Shown piece by piece: positions 26,031 through 39,600 of a stretch of 64,000 nt of DNA. The translations under genes and the position numbers were made by a program. How positions within the stretch are numbered: the stretch's first letter is position 1; the number at the start of each line of letters is the position of its first letter. Under the pieces are notes generated by a model. The model was not told the DNA's origin. It did not search any database and saw only the letters and a list, made by a program, of their open reading frames with translations. Source of the stretch: Basidiobolus meristosporus CBS 931.73 (lineage: Eukaryota; Fungi; Basidiobolomycota); the NCBI GenBank assembly GCA_002104905.1, contig MCFE01000151.1:1-64000 (forward strand), in the 5' to 3' direction.

Positions 26031-26486
26031 TCAAGCGAACTGCTGGTCGTGATCAGCGCAAATCTTGTGCTTCAGGCCCTTGACAATCAAATCTAGAGCC
26101 TTGACGGCTTGTTCACGATGCTTGGCAGACACGGCAACAACAACAGTGGAGTCACCGACGTAGATTTTGCCAGTACGGATGTAAACGAAAGCCTTGGTAA
26201 CGGGGACTTCCTTACGAACTTGACCGATCAGCTCCTCCAGATGTTGCTTTCCTTCTTCAGGGGTCTTTTGGTACTCAAGGTTCTTCACCTCGCGGCCTGT
26301 AGATAAGAAACATGAAGCCTGGTTAGGCGACTGATTGAAATAGTAGGTTAACTCGACAGTACCTTGGTCCTCCTTACGGATGGTTCCCATAAAGGTGACA
26401 ATGGCGCCAGAGAAGTCGTCTTTGACATAGCCGACAGCAGTGTCAAGGCTAGGGACGTTAGAGCCTGCTTCAAGATGGTCAGTCAT
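26031..26486 (-). CDS. Divergent molybdopterin synthase large-subunit (MoaE/MOCS2B)-like protein; in-frame 66-nt intron 26297-26362
   Basis: SGAIVTFMGTIR, REVKNLEY, VGDSTVVVAVSAKHREQA match the MoaE fold; the PIWKKE motif is absent; AATAAA follows the stop. Confidence 0.75.
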   Translation of the reverse strand: MTDHLEAGSNVPSLDTAVGYVKDDFSGAIVTFMGTIRKEDQGTVELTYYFNQSPNQASCFLSTGREVKNLEYQKTPEEGKQHLEELIGQVRKEVPVTKAFVYIRTGKIYVGDSTVVVAVSAKHREQAVKALDLIVKGLKHKICADHDQQFA

Positions 26487-28417
26487 AGTGGATGATGAAT
26501 TAACAGAGACTAGTGCTGTCTTTTATAAAATGCAAATACCTAGATTACGTATTGAAATTTGGTGCGTCAGTGCAATCCGTGTGGAGCTAACCCTATCCGA
26601 TGATCTCCTTTTTGGGATGGGAGTAATGTCACCAACTTGATGCTATAGATGAAGCCATGGATCTTGTATCATAACAAGTAGTCATTTATTTGGCCAGCCT
26701 ACACATTGCAGGAGAGATGAGACCAATTCATCAGTATCCATTGCGTAGTCATTGGGTAGGACTCATCTCAATCCACCCCGACTATTGGCTGGGCTCGAAG
26801 TACGCGGGCATACATATCTAAGTGTAGTTCCAAGGGACACCATCCAAGGCATAGCCACAGGCGCCCACAAGGTACAAATAGTACCATCCCATTCCGAAAC
26901 AGCACGCGTATCAGGCATTGGAGGCATATAAGGGAGCAACGACCCGCTTTCTCCAGCAAAAATGGTAGCATGATGTCCCGACAGTCAGTTGGCAGTTTAG
27001 TGCGCGCCTCACGTCCCGCGAGAGTCGGAGTGTAGATACTATCGCAGATTCTTCAGTAGCCTGACCTTGGGTGCTTGATGAGAAGTCAACTTCAAGTCGG
27101 CACAACCAAGGTAACTAACCTGGTTGATCAGAGCTGCCCAACTAGGCGCCTCACTAACCAGAAATATCGTTCCATGAGGAGATCGGAACCGGCGTAGCGG
27201 TTTTGAAGACCTAGGCAAACCTAAGGTCGCACGACTCATCCGCATCGGTTCTGCCGTTCAGCTCGACAGTTGGTCAGCCCAGTGAGCCCTGGATTATTGG
27301 CCATCTCCATGCGCAGCTTACCTGACCAATTCACAGTTGGCGAGAGGAAATCTGGAGAGTCCGAAAAACATTCCCTTACAAAGACAAATGAAACCAATCC
27401 CATAAGACAGCCAGGTAAATAGTCGGTGTTTGACCCACATGTGATCAAGGTGTTTATGAGTGTCTCGTGGCTCTGGCCAGCGAGTGATGTTCTTCAGGAT
27501 GCTGGTCAATCATTACAATTCCAGCTTACACTGCAAACGATCCCTTTCTTATCCTTCAGTGACACGATGGACGCCTGGGCAACGAGAGTCTAGCTCTGGG
27601 CCGCCGAAAAATGGCATTGCTGGTGTGTTCTTTCGGGGGTGAATCACGGCTTTGACAAATTCTGGATATGCTGATGGATCATAATCGAGGTAGTCGATGC
27701 AGCCGCCATCGATCAAACCCTAACCCTGAACCCAGTGACACATGATCCCTAAGAACATCCCATTCTAGCTGGCGATCTAAATCGATCCAAATTGAGGTGA
27801 ACCTTTGCCATCGATCAAATCCATTGGGAATCGGGAGGTGGATGGGTGTCTCGAATCTCGATTGTCTCTCGTCCTTAGGGCTCCGGTCTGGCTCTTGGAG
27901 TTGGTGATACCACGGTATCCTGAGAGCAGAGAGAGTTGCCAATATAGGTTGCGTAACTATGTGGGTTACAGAAGGGTCGGCAAGCATTGAAATGGTGCTA
28001 AAAGGCAGTCAGTCAGAAAACGGTTCTGTTTTTGTTCAAAGTGCCTGGTGGGTATGGGACTGGTCAGGTCACCGAGTCATCTATTCGAGCCAAGGCGGGA
28101 TTCTTAGTTCCTTGAACGGTGGCCATGAAACCAATTAAGTGTGCATTTAGCAGAATATATTCTTTGGGTTCTGATTAGGCCGCACACCAGTCGCCGTATT
28201 CTTTTCCAATTCTTACTTCATGGAGAGTCGTCAGTCTCATTCGACCTTGATATACCAAATATATCATCGAGCATGAATTTTCCAAGGTTAGAATAATTAA
28301 TATCTGTGGATTGGGATTAGGATTTAAGGCCCAAGGTGCGGGGAGTCGAGGTTCTTGGACAGCACTGTTCAAAGCCTCACGCCTTCTCCATTTCCCCAGA
28401 ACGCCCGATTATCTTGA

Positions 28418-28912
28418 ATGAGATTTCGTCCCTTGTTGCTACTCTTCTGCGGCCTCTGCTGTGCCCTTAGCTTCACGGCCTCGCAATCGACCCGTACTAG
28501 CATTCATTACGTCACGGCTACCAACGCAGGGACAACAGCCACTCTATATGTTGCTACAGAAACGTATTACGAAGGCAGCACACAAGGGTCCTCCGCCAGC
28601 AATGAAAGCCCATCATCCCATATAGCTGGAAAATCCAAGTCCAACACCACCGCCATCATTGCTGGAGTATCAGTGGGTGCAGTGGTGTTGCTCTCTGTCA
28701 TCGGCTGGGCGGTATATAGACACTGGAAAGCGAAGGTAAAGATCATCAGACTTCTATCCAGCCGTTGGTTATTTCTGTATACCTAACACCGTACTTCTTA
28801 GTCCCGACGTAGAACATATGCAAACAAGCCGATGTCGGATAATCTGTTCCGTCCAACCCCTCACCGTACTAACAATGATCCCGGATTTTTGCGTGAACTG
28901 AATGAGTTTTGA
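28418..28912 (+). CDS. Small type I membrane protein (signal peptide, Ser/Thr-rich ectodomain, one TM helix, short cytosolic tail); one intron at about 28736-28801
   Basis: MRFRPLLLLFCGLCCALS; S/T-rich segment; AIIAGVSVGAVVLLSVIGWAVYRHWKAK; splice gtaaag...ttcttag gives SRRRTY...PGFLRELNEF*. Confidence 0.75.
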
Positions 28913-29559
28913 CGATCGCCACCCCTGCATTTTGTTGGTGCTTTTGAGCGGCACCGCCTTCCGTGACTTTCTATTGAGCGGAGCATACAATTTGGGACTG
29001 GTCTCAAAGTCGGTTGTATTCCCTTCCATGTACTCGAATCGCTTATTCTAAAATCGTTGCCACGGTCGATTGTTGAATACGATCGAACTTATTTGTTCAT
29101 CAACCGTCATGTATAAAGTAACCTATTGAATGGCACCTGTATTAGTATGTGGTAGCATGCTTGTTTTCGTTGGGTGGGTGGTTGCTGTTGTAGCAATCGT
29201 TTTCCTTGCCCGCTCCCCAAGCGGGGCTCATGGGCGACGGAGTTTCGGAGAGCCTCAAGATGGTTGGTTTATTTTGTAGGTAGATGTAAATAAATGCAAG
29301 GAGTGTTCACAATTTCAAAAGTCTCGATACTACGTCGTTAGCAATTAACATATTAATATTGTATCGTGTAGCAAAATAAGTTAGTGGCTAGAGGGTTCCC
29401 TCTCATTATCACCAGGTTGGCCTTCCTGGGACGAAATACTAGTTTGGATCCATCTTCCAAAGATAAGCTAAAGGCCCGGGGCATATTCCAACGTTACGTT
29501 TACTAAGGTTCCGGCTTGCCATGTCTGCGCTGTTGATGAAGAACGTTGGGGCATTTTGT

Positions 29560-31566
29560 TTAAGCTTCGGCACCAAAATCCCATATGCGGATTTCATTAT
29601 CATCACTACCGGTGACGATTCGCGTGTCGCTGAGTCCTACGCAACTAACCGGGCCGCTGTGTCCGGTTAGAGTGTGCATGCAGTCGCCACTCGACATATC
29701 CCACACCTTCACCATGCAGTCGTGAGCACCACTGACGATGCGTAGAGAGTCGAAGGCAAGGCTCCAAACCCCTTCAACGTGTCCGAACATGGTGCGAATG
29801 CATGCACCAGTCTTGATAGACCAAACACGAATGGTGTTGTCCAATGCTCCACTAATGAGAATGGGGCTATCGTGAACATCCTCGGGATGAGTGAGAGCAT
29901 TGTTTGGTGTGGCATCATTCGGGGTAGCAGTGGGGCGTTGTGGCGACGAGGTCGAATTATCCGAACTTAACGGTAACACAAGGTTCGCATGAGAGGCCAC
30001 CTGGAGGCATTGAACCTGTCCTTTGTGTCCATTAAAGGTTCTCAGGCAGGTCAGTGTTTGTAGATCCCAGTGCTTGATGGTAGTGTCATCGGAGCAAGAA
30101 AACAATTGGGTTTGTTGGAAAATCGCTACTTTGGTCACCCAATCGGAATGTCCCGATAATGTCGAGCATTTCCCTGTGCTGAAGTTCCAGATTTTGATGG
30201 TCCCGTCCACGGATCCGCTAGCCAAGGTTGAGTTGTCAAAATGCAGACACACTATACCATTTGTGTGACCCTCAAGAGTGCGGATGCACTCTCCGGTTCG
30301 GTAATTCCATATCTTGAGCGTAGAATCCATGGACCCGGTAATCAGTTTGCAGCTATTGAACTGCAACGCCCTTACGCAACGGGTGTGTCCAGTGAGAGTG
30401 CGTAAAAGCTCGCCAGATTCTATATCCCATACCTTGACGGTATGGTCATAGGAGCCGGTGATGAGGTGGGTGTTATCAAACTGTAAACACATTACACCGT
30501 CAGTATGCCCCTTAAGAACCTTGGTTGTGAATTTTCCTCTTCGCCAATTTCTCTCTACTTTCAATCGCTCGCAAAAGATGTCTTTCCAGGGTCTACGCTG
30601 CGGAGGTGGTGGTGCGCAATCGTTGGATGGGTTGGGCACATCTATCGACACGCTCTGTGGGTTGGTGTCTGTACTGACCACCGCGCCGGCTGCCGAATTG
30701 TTAGGTTTGCTGTCTACTTGACCCTGCTCCGATTTTGCACGCTCTAGAGAAACCATGTTGAGCTTACAAGCCATTCATTCAGGTTCTAGCTAATAACAAC
30801 TTACTGGAGGCAGGCCCTTCTGCGTCACCTTCGATACTACGTTTGCTAGCGTCTTCGGCGGCTTTGGCAGGGATTTTCCATCGTTTTCTTGATTTGTTGT
30901 CCAGTAGCGGAAGTCCCCATCCGCACTTGGGGCATTTCTTGTCTATGTGCTGGATACACATTTGGTACCATATATAATCGTCATCCGCCAATTTCTTCCA
31001 CACTTTGGATACCTGAGCGGCGTGACACAGGGATTTGGCGTCGAGAAAGGAGAAGATTTTGAGTGAGATTTCCTTGGGAGCCACCGAGATGAAGTCGATT
31101 CTTAGCAACGGGTTGAGTGCATGGGATAGATAAGAAAGTTGGGGGAAACAGCATTGAGTGAGAAGGCCGCCTAGAATTATAGAACGGATAGATTGCGGTG
31201 CTGATCCAAAGGTCGACCACACTTGATTGACCAGGCTTTGTAATTCAGTAGGGAGCTGGTCGAGTTGCTAGTGTTTATGGTTTGGGGGAGGCGATTTAGT
31301 CAAGGAATTTACGTGAGAAATAAAGTTCAAGCGGTCACCTGTTGTAAAGCATGTAGGGAAGGTCCGTCTACAGCACGGCGAAGATCAGGGCGGTGTCGAT
31401 AACACGTATACGATTCAATTTCACGATGAGGATTCAGCGGGTGGGTGAGAGGCTGTTTCTGAAGGGGTGTTTCAGAGTGGAGTCTCTTCTTTTCGAGTGC
31501 TCCTAGCGCACTTGGAGAAGGGGCATCTTGATTGATCTTGGAGGATTCCTGGTTGTGCGAAGACAT
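29560..31566 (-). CDS. MET30: F-box/WD40 sulfur-regulatory SCF subunit Met30/SconB/SCON-2 (multi-exon)
   Basis: N-terminal CYRHRPD motif; F-box RIDFISVAPKEISLKIFSFLDAKSLCHAAQVSKVW; CIQHIDKKCPKCGWGLPLL; RPWKDIFCERLKVERNWRRG; WD40 repeats. Confidence 0.92.
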
Positions 31567-33882
31567 TGTCCAACCAGAATGGACTGGGGTGAGGTATTAT
31601 AATACTACAACTAGCAAAGGAGTCTGACTATCGATTGATAACTTTCGGAAACTCGGACCGTTTCAGTATTAGAGTGAAACGCTGTGAATAGTTCGGTGGA
31701 GAGTGCTAAGTGTTGAAAAAACTTCAACATCAACATTCATCATACCTCGCCTGAGAATAGCCATTGGTTAATGAAAATCCATCTGAGTGTGACCACTCCG
31801 GGGACAAATCACGCCATTTACTGTCCCAAGGGGAGGCGAACCCATTGATTCAGATTTTTGACCGACAAAAAAGTGACCATTTACGATAAAGTAGGCTTGG
31901 TATTCTAAGCAAATATTCCCTGGCGATTGCGGGCAAATATTGTGCAATCTTCCCATCCTCTTGGCCCGCAATCATCACACCTTCGCTGAAGTCGTAAAAA
32001 GCAGGCGATCTACCACGATCACATTGTTGTCTCTGCCTAGGAAGTATGGCAGTAACCATGGCTCCGTACACCCGTGCACATGGCAATGTGATCTGAAGGG
32101 AGCCATGCTTGCTTGGAAGCTGCCACAGCAGTGTGGAAGAGTGATATGAGTGTCAAGTAGCTGGCGTGCACGAATTTCATCACTGAGCAGGTTGCGTTGA
32201 ACATACTCAGAGCGGTTGAACTGACGATATCTCCACCCGCAAAAATAGCGTTTGTTATGGTACAGTGATTCCCATAAGATCCTGTGCCCCACAGCAGAGT
32301 AGGTGTGACATACCATCGGGTGTCGACCCACTGACTTGAATGGTGCACATCATTAGTCCAGTGAAACGATGGTCCCAAATGGCAGCTTGCCTATTATGGT
32401 TATGGGCGGCTGGAGTGCTGAAACCTAAGTGCTGTACGTAGCAATAATCGGTTTGCCGATTCACTTGTCGTCAACAAACAGATGCAAGACGATGGGTCGC
32501 CTGGCATTTGCCACTTGTGGCGCGTAAGAATTGCCGCCCACCCAACCCATCTATTTCTCGTCCATCGCATATGCCCACTTCAGCCTTGCTCGCGGGAAAA
32601 GACCTTCGTGGAATGATCCCTCATTGCCGAGCGCGATCAACGTTTACGTGGGGCTGCTTGAGCATTGGCATTGTGGAGTTTGGCATGCGAAGTGATAGAG
32701 CAGCTTGTGCTCGAAAGGAGTTCTATTGTGTTACATACCACATGTTTGACAATCGTCCTAGTTGATACCTGGTGGTGCTACTCTGCCGGTTCGATCTCGT
32801 GATTTTGTGACGTAGGTCCTCGGCTGGGATGGCAACATAGCATTACATTGAGCTTGAGGGATGCAAGATCAAAGGATTAGAGGTTGGATGTGGGACAAAA
32901 ATACCAATCCTCCGTTTTAGTGAGGATTAGGTGATTGTCTTTGGCGGATGGCAAAATACCCCGAAAGCAACTGATTGCATAGAATCCCGCGCGTATGATG
33001 CATTTATCGCGGATCGATAGTAGTTGTGAGGGTGAAGTCATGCACAGTAACGGTGAAAACGGGTTTGTTCCAGCTGATACTCTTTGCCAATAAGTAGCTA
33101 TATCTGATATACATGGGGATGGATAGCTTCGCCGGCCATATCGAATTGCTTGGAATGGACTCGGTTGCTCAGAGCTGACTAATATAAGGCTTTTAGCATT
33201 TGCTTGGATCTAAAGAGTTGTGGGTGAGTGCGGGCATACGTGCTTGATACAAAGGCTTGCTAATAGCTTAGATATGACGAGCCAAACCCATCTAAATATG
33301 TGAGGATGATGTAGCGCTGCTTATGGAGCTGCAAGAATATCTGTGATAGACATGGATGGAGTACCACTCGATTGAGCACAGACACTGACATGTAGTGATC
33401 ACAAGTTGTTAGATGGTGATGTTGCAGACCACCAAACATAATATGTTGGCAATAGAGCATGCCTAAAAATCCAATGAATCATCTAATCAGCTTCTCAACG
33501 GCTTTCCAACACTCTCAGGCCAACAAGGTGCACTCTGTTTGCTTTGTAGGCTATGACTACTGCCAATATACCACAGCGCTTGTGCTAGCATAAAGACTTA
33601 TCTTTAGCCTTATGGTCGAGTGCACACTGTCCTACATCTTATAACAAAGGATTAGTGTAGCACCCAATCATTGAAAAGCTCTTGATGAATACCAGCTTGT
33701 TCATTGTTAAATTGATGCCTATTTCCAACCATTAATTCTTGCTCCTTTGCCAGCTCTTTGGAATGGCAGATATACTACAAGTGGCCAAGTGTCCTCACAT
33801 ACCCAAAAGACTCACATACTTGGCTGATGCTCAAAAGGTTCTTAGCAGTACATGCTTGATCCAAACAAAAGCCTGAGGATAA

Positions 33883-34448
33883 TGTTGTGGGAGTCTTGGA
33901 GATATTGAAAGTGATTGGAAGAACTAGTGGATTATGTGGTTCTCACTCAATGATTTATTGAATATAAAAGTAGTATTTATACTTTTACATGATCTTAGCA
34001 TAACAAACATATACAATAGATTTAAGAAGGTCTCACAAACATGTGTGCCAGGTTTAGGGCTGTTTGGATTACTTATCATATTTTCATGTTCTGGGTAACT
34101 GATATTATGGTGAAAATATTCTAAGAAAATCCTGATCGGGAATTTGGTCAGTACTCCCTAGGATTTTCAGGTAATGATCTAAGTGACTAAGTTAGATGAA
34201 TATTTAGGTGGAATTCCATACTTTTACAGCACTCCCACTCAACTAAATGATCATACTGACTAGTTCTAATTTTGACCCACCATATTCAAATTTGTCTCTG
34301 GCTAATGGTTTGGCAAGAATGTCTGCAGTCATTTCATCTGTAGAACAACCAAGTTAACTAAGGTATTCTCTATTGCTTCACATATGAAATGATGTCAAAT
34401 ATCTATGTTCTTGGTTCTAGCATGAAAAGGTGGATTTCCACCTAATTG
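33883..34448 (-). mobile_element. Copia family A 3' LTR (33883-34231), PPT and decayed RNase H end
   Basis: tgttgtgggagtc...tttacagca followed by ctcccactc (minus-strand PPT gagtgggag); decayed MTADILAKPL and ARTKNIDI. Confidence 0.85.
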
Positions 34449-34509
34449 TGTTAGAAGAGTCTTGGAGATATTGGAAGTGATTGGGAGAGCAAGTAGATTA
34501 TGTGGTTTT

Positions 34510-34841
34510 TGTTGTAAGAATCTTGGAGATATTGGAAGTGATTGGGAGGACAAGTAGATTATGTGGTTTTCACTCAATGATTTATTGAATGTAAAAGTAT
34601 TATTTATACTTTTACATGGTCTTGGCATTACAAACATGTAGAATAGGTTAAGGAAGGTCCCAAGAGCATGTGTGCAAAGTCTGGGGCTGTTTGGACAACT
34701 TTGAGAATTTTTATGTTCTGGGTAAATATTCTAAGTAAATCCCAACAAGGAATTTGGTCAGTATTCTCTAGGATTTGAAGGTGATGATCTAAGTGACTAA
34801 GTTAGGTGAATATTTAGGTGGAAATACAAATCTTTACAACA
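34510..34841 (-). mobile_element. Copia family A solo LTR inserted into another LTR of the same family; TSD GTTTT
   Basis: tgttgtaag...tttacaaca flanked by gtttt at 34505-34509 and 34842-34846. Confidence 0.9.
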
Positions 34842-36688
34842 GTTTTCACTTAATGATTTACTGAATGTAAAAGTAGTATTTATACTTTTACATGGTCTTG
34901 TTGTACCAAATATGTAGAATAGGTTAAGGAATGCCCCAAGAACATATGTGCAGAGCTTGGGGCTGTCTGGACAGCTTATCAAATTTTCATGTTCTGGGTA
35001 CCTGGTGTTGTATCCAAGAGAAAAGTGTAATAAAACTCTTGAGTGAGTTAACTGAGGCTAAGTGATAACTAAGCGCAGAATCTTAGAATTGTCAAGGGTG
35101 ACAGAAATATTAGCAGAGAAGTTCTGGTCCAATATTGGTTTTGTATATAGTTGAGCTGGGCTATCAAGGCAACAGAGTTGGTTTGTTATACAGGCTAGGC
35201 TTGGTGTACTTGAAAATGCTAGATGTGCTAGGCTTGGGTGGAAACTAGAACAGAATTGTTGAATTCTTAATTTTGCTGAGGCACAATCTTAGTTTTGTTG
35301 AGACACACACTAAACCAAAAGGTTCAGTAGTGTTTATTTATATTTTTCTGATCAAGTTGAATTAGTAAGTGCCAAGAGACTGGACTAATTGAAATCTGTT
35401 TGGGTGTTGATAGGTGCATAAGATAAATGAAAAATTGCTTCATTAATCAGCTGATGTCTTGACAACTACTAAGTGGTTGGATGCATCTCAGATGACTAAT
35501 CCTTTGGAAAGGCTTAGAGATCAGTTGAGGATGTAATGACCACTTGAAAATTGATCAGGTGTGGCAGCTAAAAATAGATTCTGAGAAGGGATAAAATAAA
35601 CCATAACAGGGATTGGTTATGCTTGGGTTAGGGAAAATCAGTTAGGGTACTAGATTTTCTAACAGAGTGAAATTGGCTAAGTTTTAAATGTTGATTCACA
35701 ACATCACTTCCTCCCGGGAGAGAAGTTCATTGACACCTTCTGGGTTCCCCTGCGGCTCCAATACTGATCAATGATGTCAACATCATCAATGTTGGTGTAG
35801 GGTTCCCAAGTGTTGTGTTTGGCATCATAACCTTTACACTTGACTAAATAAAGACAATTTGGTTCTTCTCCATCATGGTTAACAATAGATTTGACTTCAT
35901 AGGATTCAGAAGTAACTGGGTCTTGAGATATAAGCTTGAGTGAAAAGGTGGAAAGTTTTTGGGTAGCAGTGCTCCAGTATTGTCCTGAAGTACATAAGAT
36001 CCTCAAGTGGTACATCTGACAACTTTGAATGGGCCTTCATATCTGGGGTCAAGTTTAGATTGTTGGATAGGGTCAAGTGTCATAACATATGACCCATCTG
36101 GGAAGCTGCTGTTCCTGTGTCTTGAGGCATATGTTGAGGTCATCTTTTGCAGTGAGGCCTTACTTCTGGCACTGATAGCAGGGTGGACAATGTTGGTAAG
36201 GTACTCAAGCCGGTTCTTTAGCTTGTCTGTATTCATACTTGCTAACTCTGTATTCTGGTAGTCCCTAAGGTGGTTGTATCTTCTTCCAAACATCAAAGAA
36301 AATGGTGATGATCCATGTAGAGCAGCAATTTTGGTGTTGATAGCACACTGTACAGTGGGAATGTACTTGTTCCAATTCTTGTTGATACCTTTAATAGATT
36401 TCCCAATGATGTTCACTGAGGTCTGAACATGTCTTTCAGCAAGTCCATTAGCTTTGGGATGATAGGGAGTGATCAGACAGTGATCAACAGCGCTATTCTG
36501 GCAAAGGGCTTTGATCACATGATTCACAAATTCTGTTCCATTTTCCAATTGAATGACCTTAGGGAATCCAAATAGGCAGAAGAGCTTGAATAGTGCTTGT
36601 GCAATAGTGGCAGCATACTTGTCTGGGATAGCTTTGAGGAAGAAAAAACAGGTGCAGGCATTGACAGTTACAAAGAGGTAGTAATTAC

Positions 36689-39600
36689 TGTTGTAAGAGT
36701 CTTAGAGATATTGGAAGTGAAAGGGAGGACAAGTTGTTTATGTGGTTTTCACTTAATGATTTATTGAATGTAAAAGTACTATTTATACTTTTACATGATC
36801 TTGGCATTACAAACACATAGAATAGGTTAAGGAAAGTCCCAAGAACATGTGTGCAAAGTTTGGGGCTGTTTGGACAACTTTGAGAATTTTCATGTTCTGG
36901 GTACCTGGTACTTTGGTGAAAATATTGTAAGTAAATCCCAACAAGGAATTTTGGTCAGTATTCTCTAGGATTTGAAGGTGATGATCTAAGTGACTGAGTT
37001 AAGTGAATATTTAGGTGGAAATACAAATTTTTACAACACTCCCACTCAGCTAAATGATCATACTGACTAGTCCTAATTTTGACCTAAGATATTCAAACTT
37101 GCTCTAGCTAATGGTTTGGTAAATATGTCTGCAATCATTTCATCTGTAGGACAGTAAACTAAGCTAACTAAGTTATTCTCTATGGCTTTACGTATGAAAT
37201 GATGTCTAATATCTATGTGCTTGGTTCTAGCCTGAAAAGTTGGATTTCTACCTAATTGTATACATCCTTGATTATCTTGAAATAAAGTGATAGGTGTTTT
37301 TTGACATAGGCCTAAATCTATAAAAAGCTTCCTTAACCACATTGCTTTTTTTGTAGCTTCACAGGCTGCCATGTACTCTGCCTCTGTGGTAGAAAGTGTG
37401 ACAGTTGGTTGCTTTCTTGAATTCCATGAAATTGAAGAACCATCTGCATCTAATTGATTTTTGGTTGATTGGTAATTTGACTAAGTCCCAAGTTTGATTT
37501 TCCATCAGGGCCTGATATTCCTCAGTCATTGTGGATCTCCAAAACTTTGTCTGAGGGCTATTTAGGGCCTCTTTTACAGTCTGGGGTTCATCAATATGGA
37601 CTGAATAGGCATAGGCTAAGTTTGTATCCTCATTGATATAGTTATTTGAGCTATTTCTTGTTCAATTGGATCTCCAGGCATTTGATACTGGAATGATCAC
37701 TTCTGGGATATTCCTGGGCACTGATTCTGGCTGAACCATGGTTGTAGAGCTCTCTGGAGTGAAAAAAGTTTCATTGTTTTGCTCTGATTCAATTGTGAAA
37801 ATTGGTGGACTTAAGACCAGATTTTTGTCATCAACTGATGTCATTTTTTGTGAAAATTTTGAATTTTCATCAAACAACACATCCCTGGATTTGATCAGCT
37901 TCTTTGCTTTGGTATTGTAGAGTCTGTATGCTTTACTCTCATTGCAGTAGCCCAAAAATATGCATTTGACACTTTTTGGCTCAAATTTTGACTGATTTCC
38001 AGGCAGTTTCTTTGCATATGCTGTACACCCAAAAATTCTTAGATGCTCTGCACTTGGTCTATATCCATACCATGCTTCAAATGGAGTAGAATCACGAAGT
38101 ATTCTGTTATAACTCTTATTTTTGAGATATACAGCAGTGGCAACTGATTCCACCCAAAAATTATAGGATAATTTTTGATCTTGGATCATAGATCTTGCCA
38201 TATCAATTATTGACCTGTTAGCACGTTTTGCTACTCCATTTTGCTGTGGGAAGTATGGTACAATAGTCTCTTGCTTTATCCCATGAATTTTGCAGAAGTA
38301 GATGTAGAGTTTTGAGATATATTCTCCACCATTTTCAGAGTGTATTTTCTTGATTTTTTCACAAGTTTCTCTCTCCTCCATGGCTTTAAACTCCCTGAGC
38401 TTAGACAGAGCTTCTTCCTTTCTCTCCATGAAGTAGACCCATGTATATCTTGAATAATTATCAATGAAAGTGATGAAATACTTCATCCTGCCTAAGGATA
38501 AATTTTGCATAGGTCCATACAGATCTTAGTGAATTAGACCTATTTTTTTTTTAGTTTTGATTAACCCAGAGCTCTTGAACAATTGTCTGGCTTGTTTCCC
38601 ATATATGCAGGCTGCACAGTGCTCCAAATTAGCTGGGAGATCAACTTTTACTCCAGAAATTAGCTGATCTTTGATCATTTTGCGCAAATAATCAAAATTG
38701 ATGTGCCCAAATCTCCTGTGCCAAAGCATTGGTGCTTCATCATTTAAGTAACTTATATTGGCTTCCAAATATGACAAAATATAAGTCAACTTGAATAGAT
38801 TCTGATCTCTGATACCCAAAGCAATATGGGTGCCATTTTGATCAGTGATCTTGCATCCAGAATTGTCAAAGCTGAAACTGAGTCCTTCTGCAGTGGCCTT
38901 GATTACAGATAGTAGGTTCTTGGCTATTTCTGGTACATAGAGTACTTCTTTGAAGGTCAGTATATGGCCTCCTTCACTTCTTCTTAGGGTTACTTGGGTA
39001 GTTCCTTCATGGGTGACAATAGAACACTTGATGCAGTGGGAGAAGGAACCATCCAAGTAAACCTTAGAAGCAGTGAAGGAAGCCATACACTTACCTTTAA
39101 AGAAGTACTCTATGCACCAGAAATAGCCAAGAACCTACTCTCTGTAAGCAAGGCCACAGCAGAAGGACTCAGTTTCAGTTTTGACAATTCCGGATGCAGG
39201 ATCACTGATCAAAATGGTGCCCATATTGCTTCAGGTGTCAGAGATCAGAATCTATACAAGTTGACTTATATTCCATCATATTTGGAAGCCAATACAAGTA
39301 ACCTAAATGAAGAAACACCAATGCTTTGGCACAGGAGATTTGGGCACATCAATTTTGATTATTTGTGCAAAATGATCAAAGATCAGCTAATTTCTGGAGT
39401 GAAAATTGATCCTCCAGCTAATTTGGAGCACTGTGAAGCCTGCATGTATGGGAAACAAGCCAGACAACAGTTCAAGAGCTCTGGGTTAGTCAAAACTAAG
39501 AAAAAAATTAGATCTAATTCACTCAGATCTGTGTGGACCCATGCAAAATTTATCCTTGGGCAGGATGAAGTATCTAATCACTTTTATTGATGATTATACA

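Noticed and set aside
31850-32464. Protein-like minus-strand ORFs; GKIAQYLPAIA resembles glutaminase GKVADYIPQLA
   Set aside because: Similarity is limited to about 10 residues, and the tested splice models ran into stops.
32765-32810. GGTTCGATC T-loop-like motif suggesting a tRNA or SINE
   Set aside because: No cloverleaf or A-box could be built.
33300-33880. Possible hAT transposase dimerisation remnant (WWSAT...SS)
   Set aside because: Too degenerate; the key ERxFS motif is absent.
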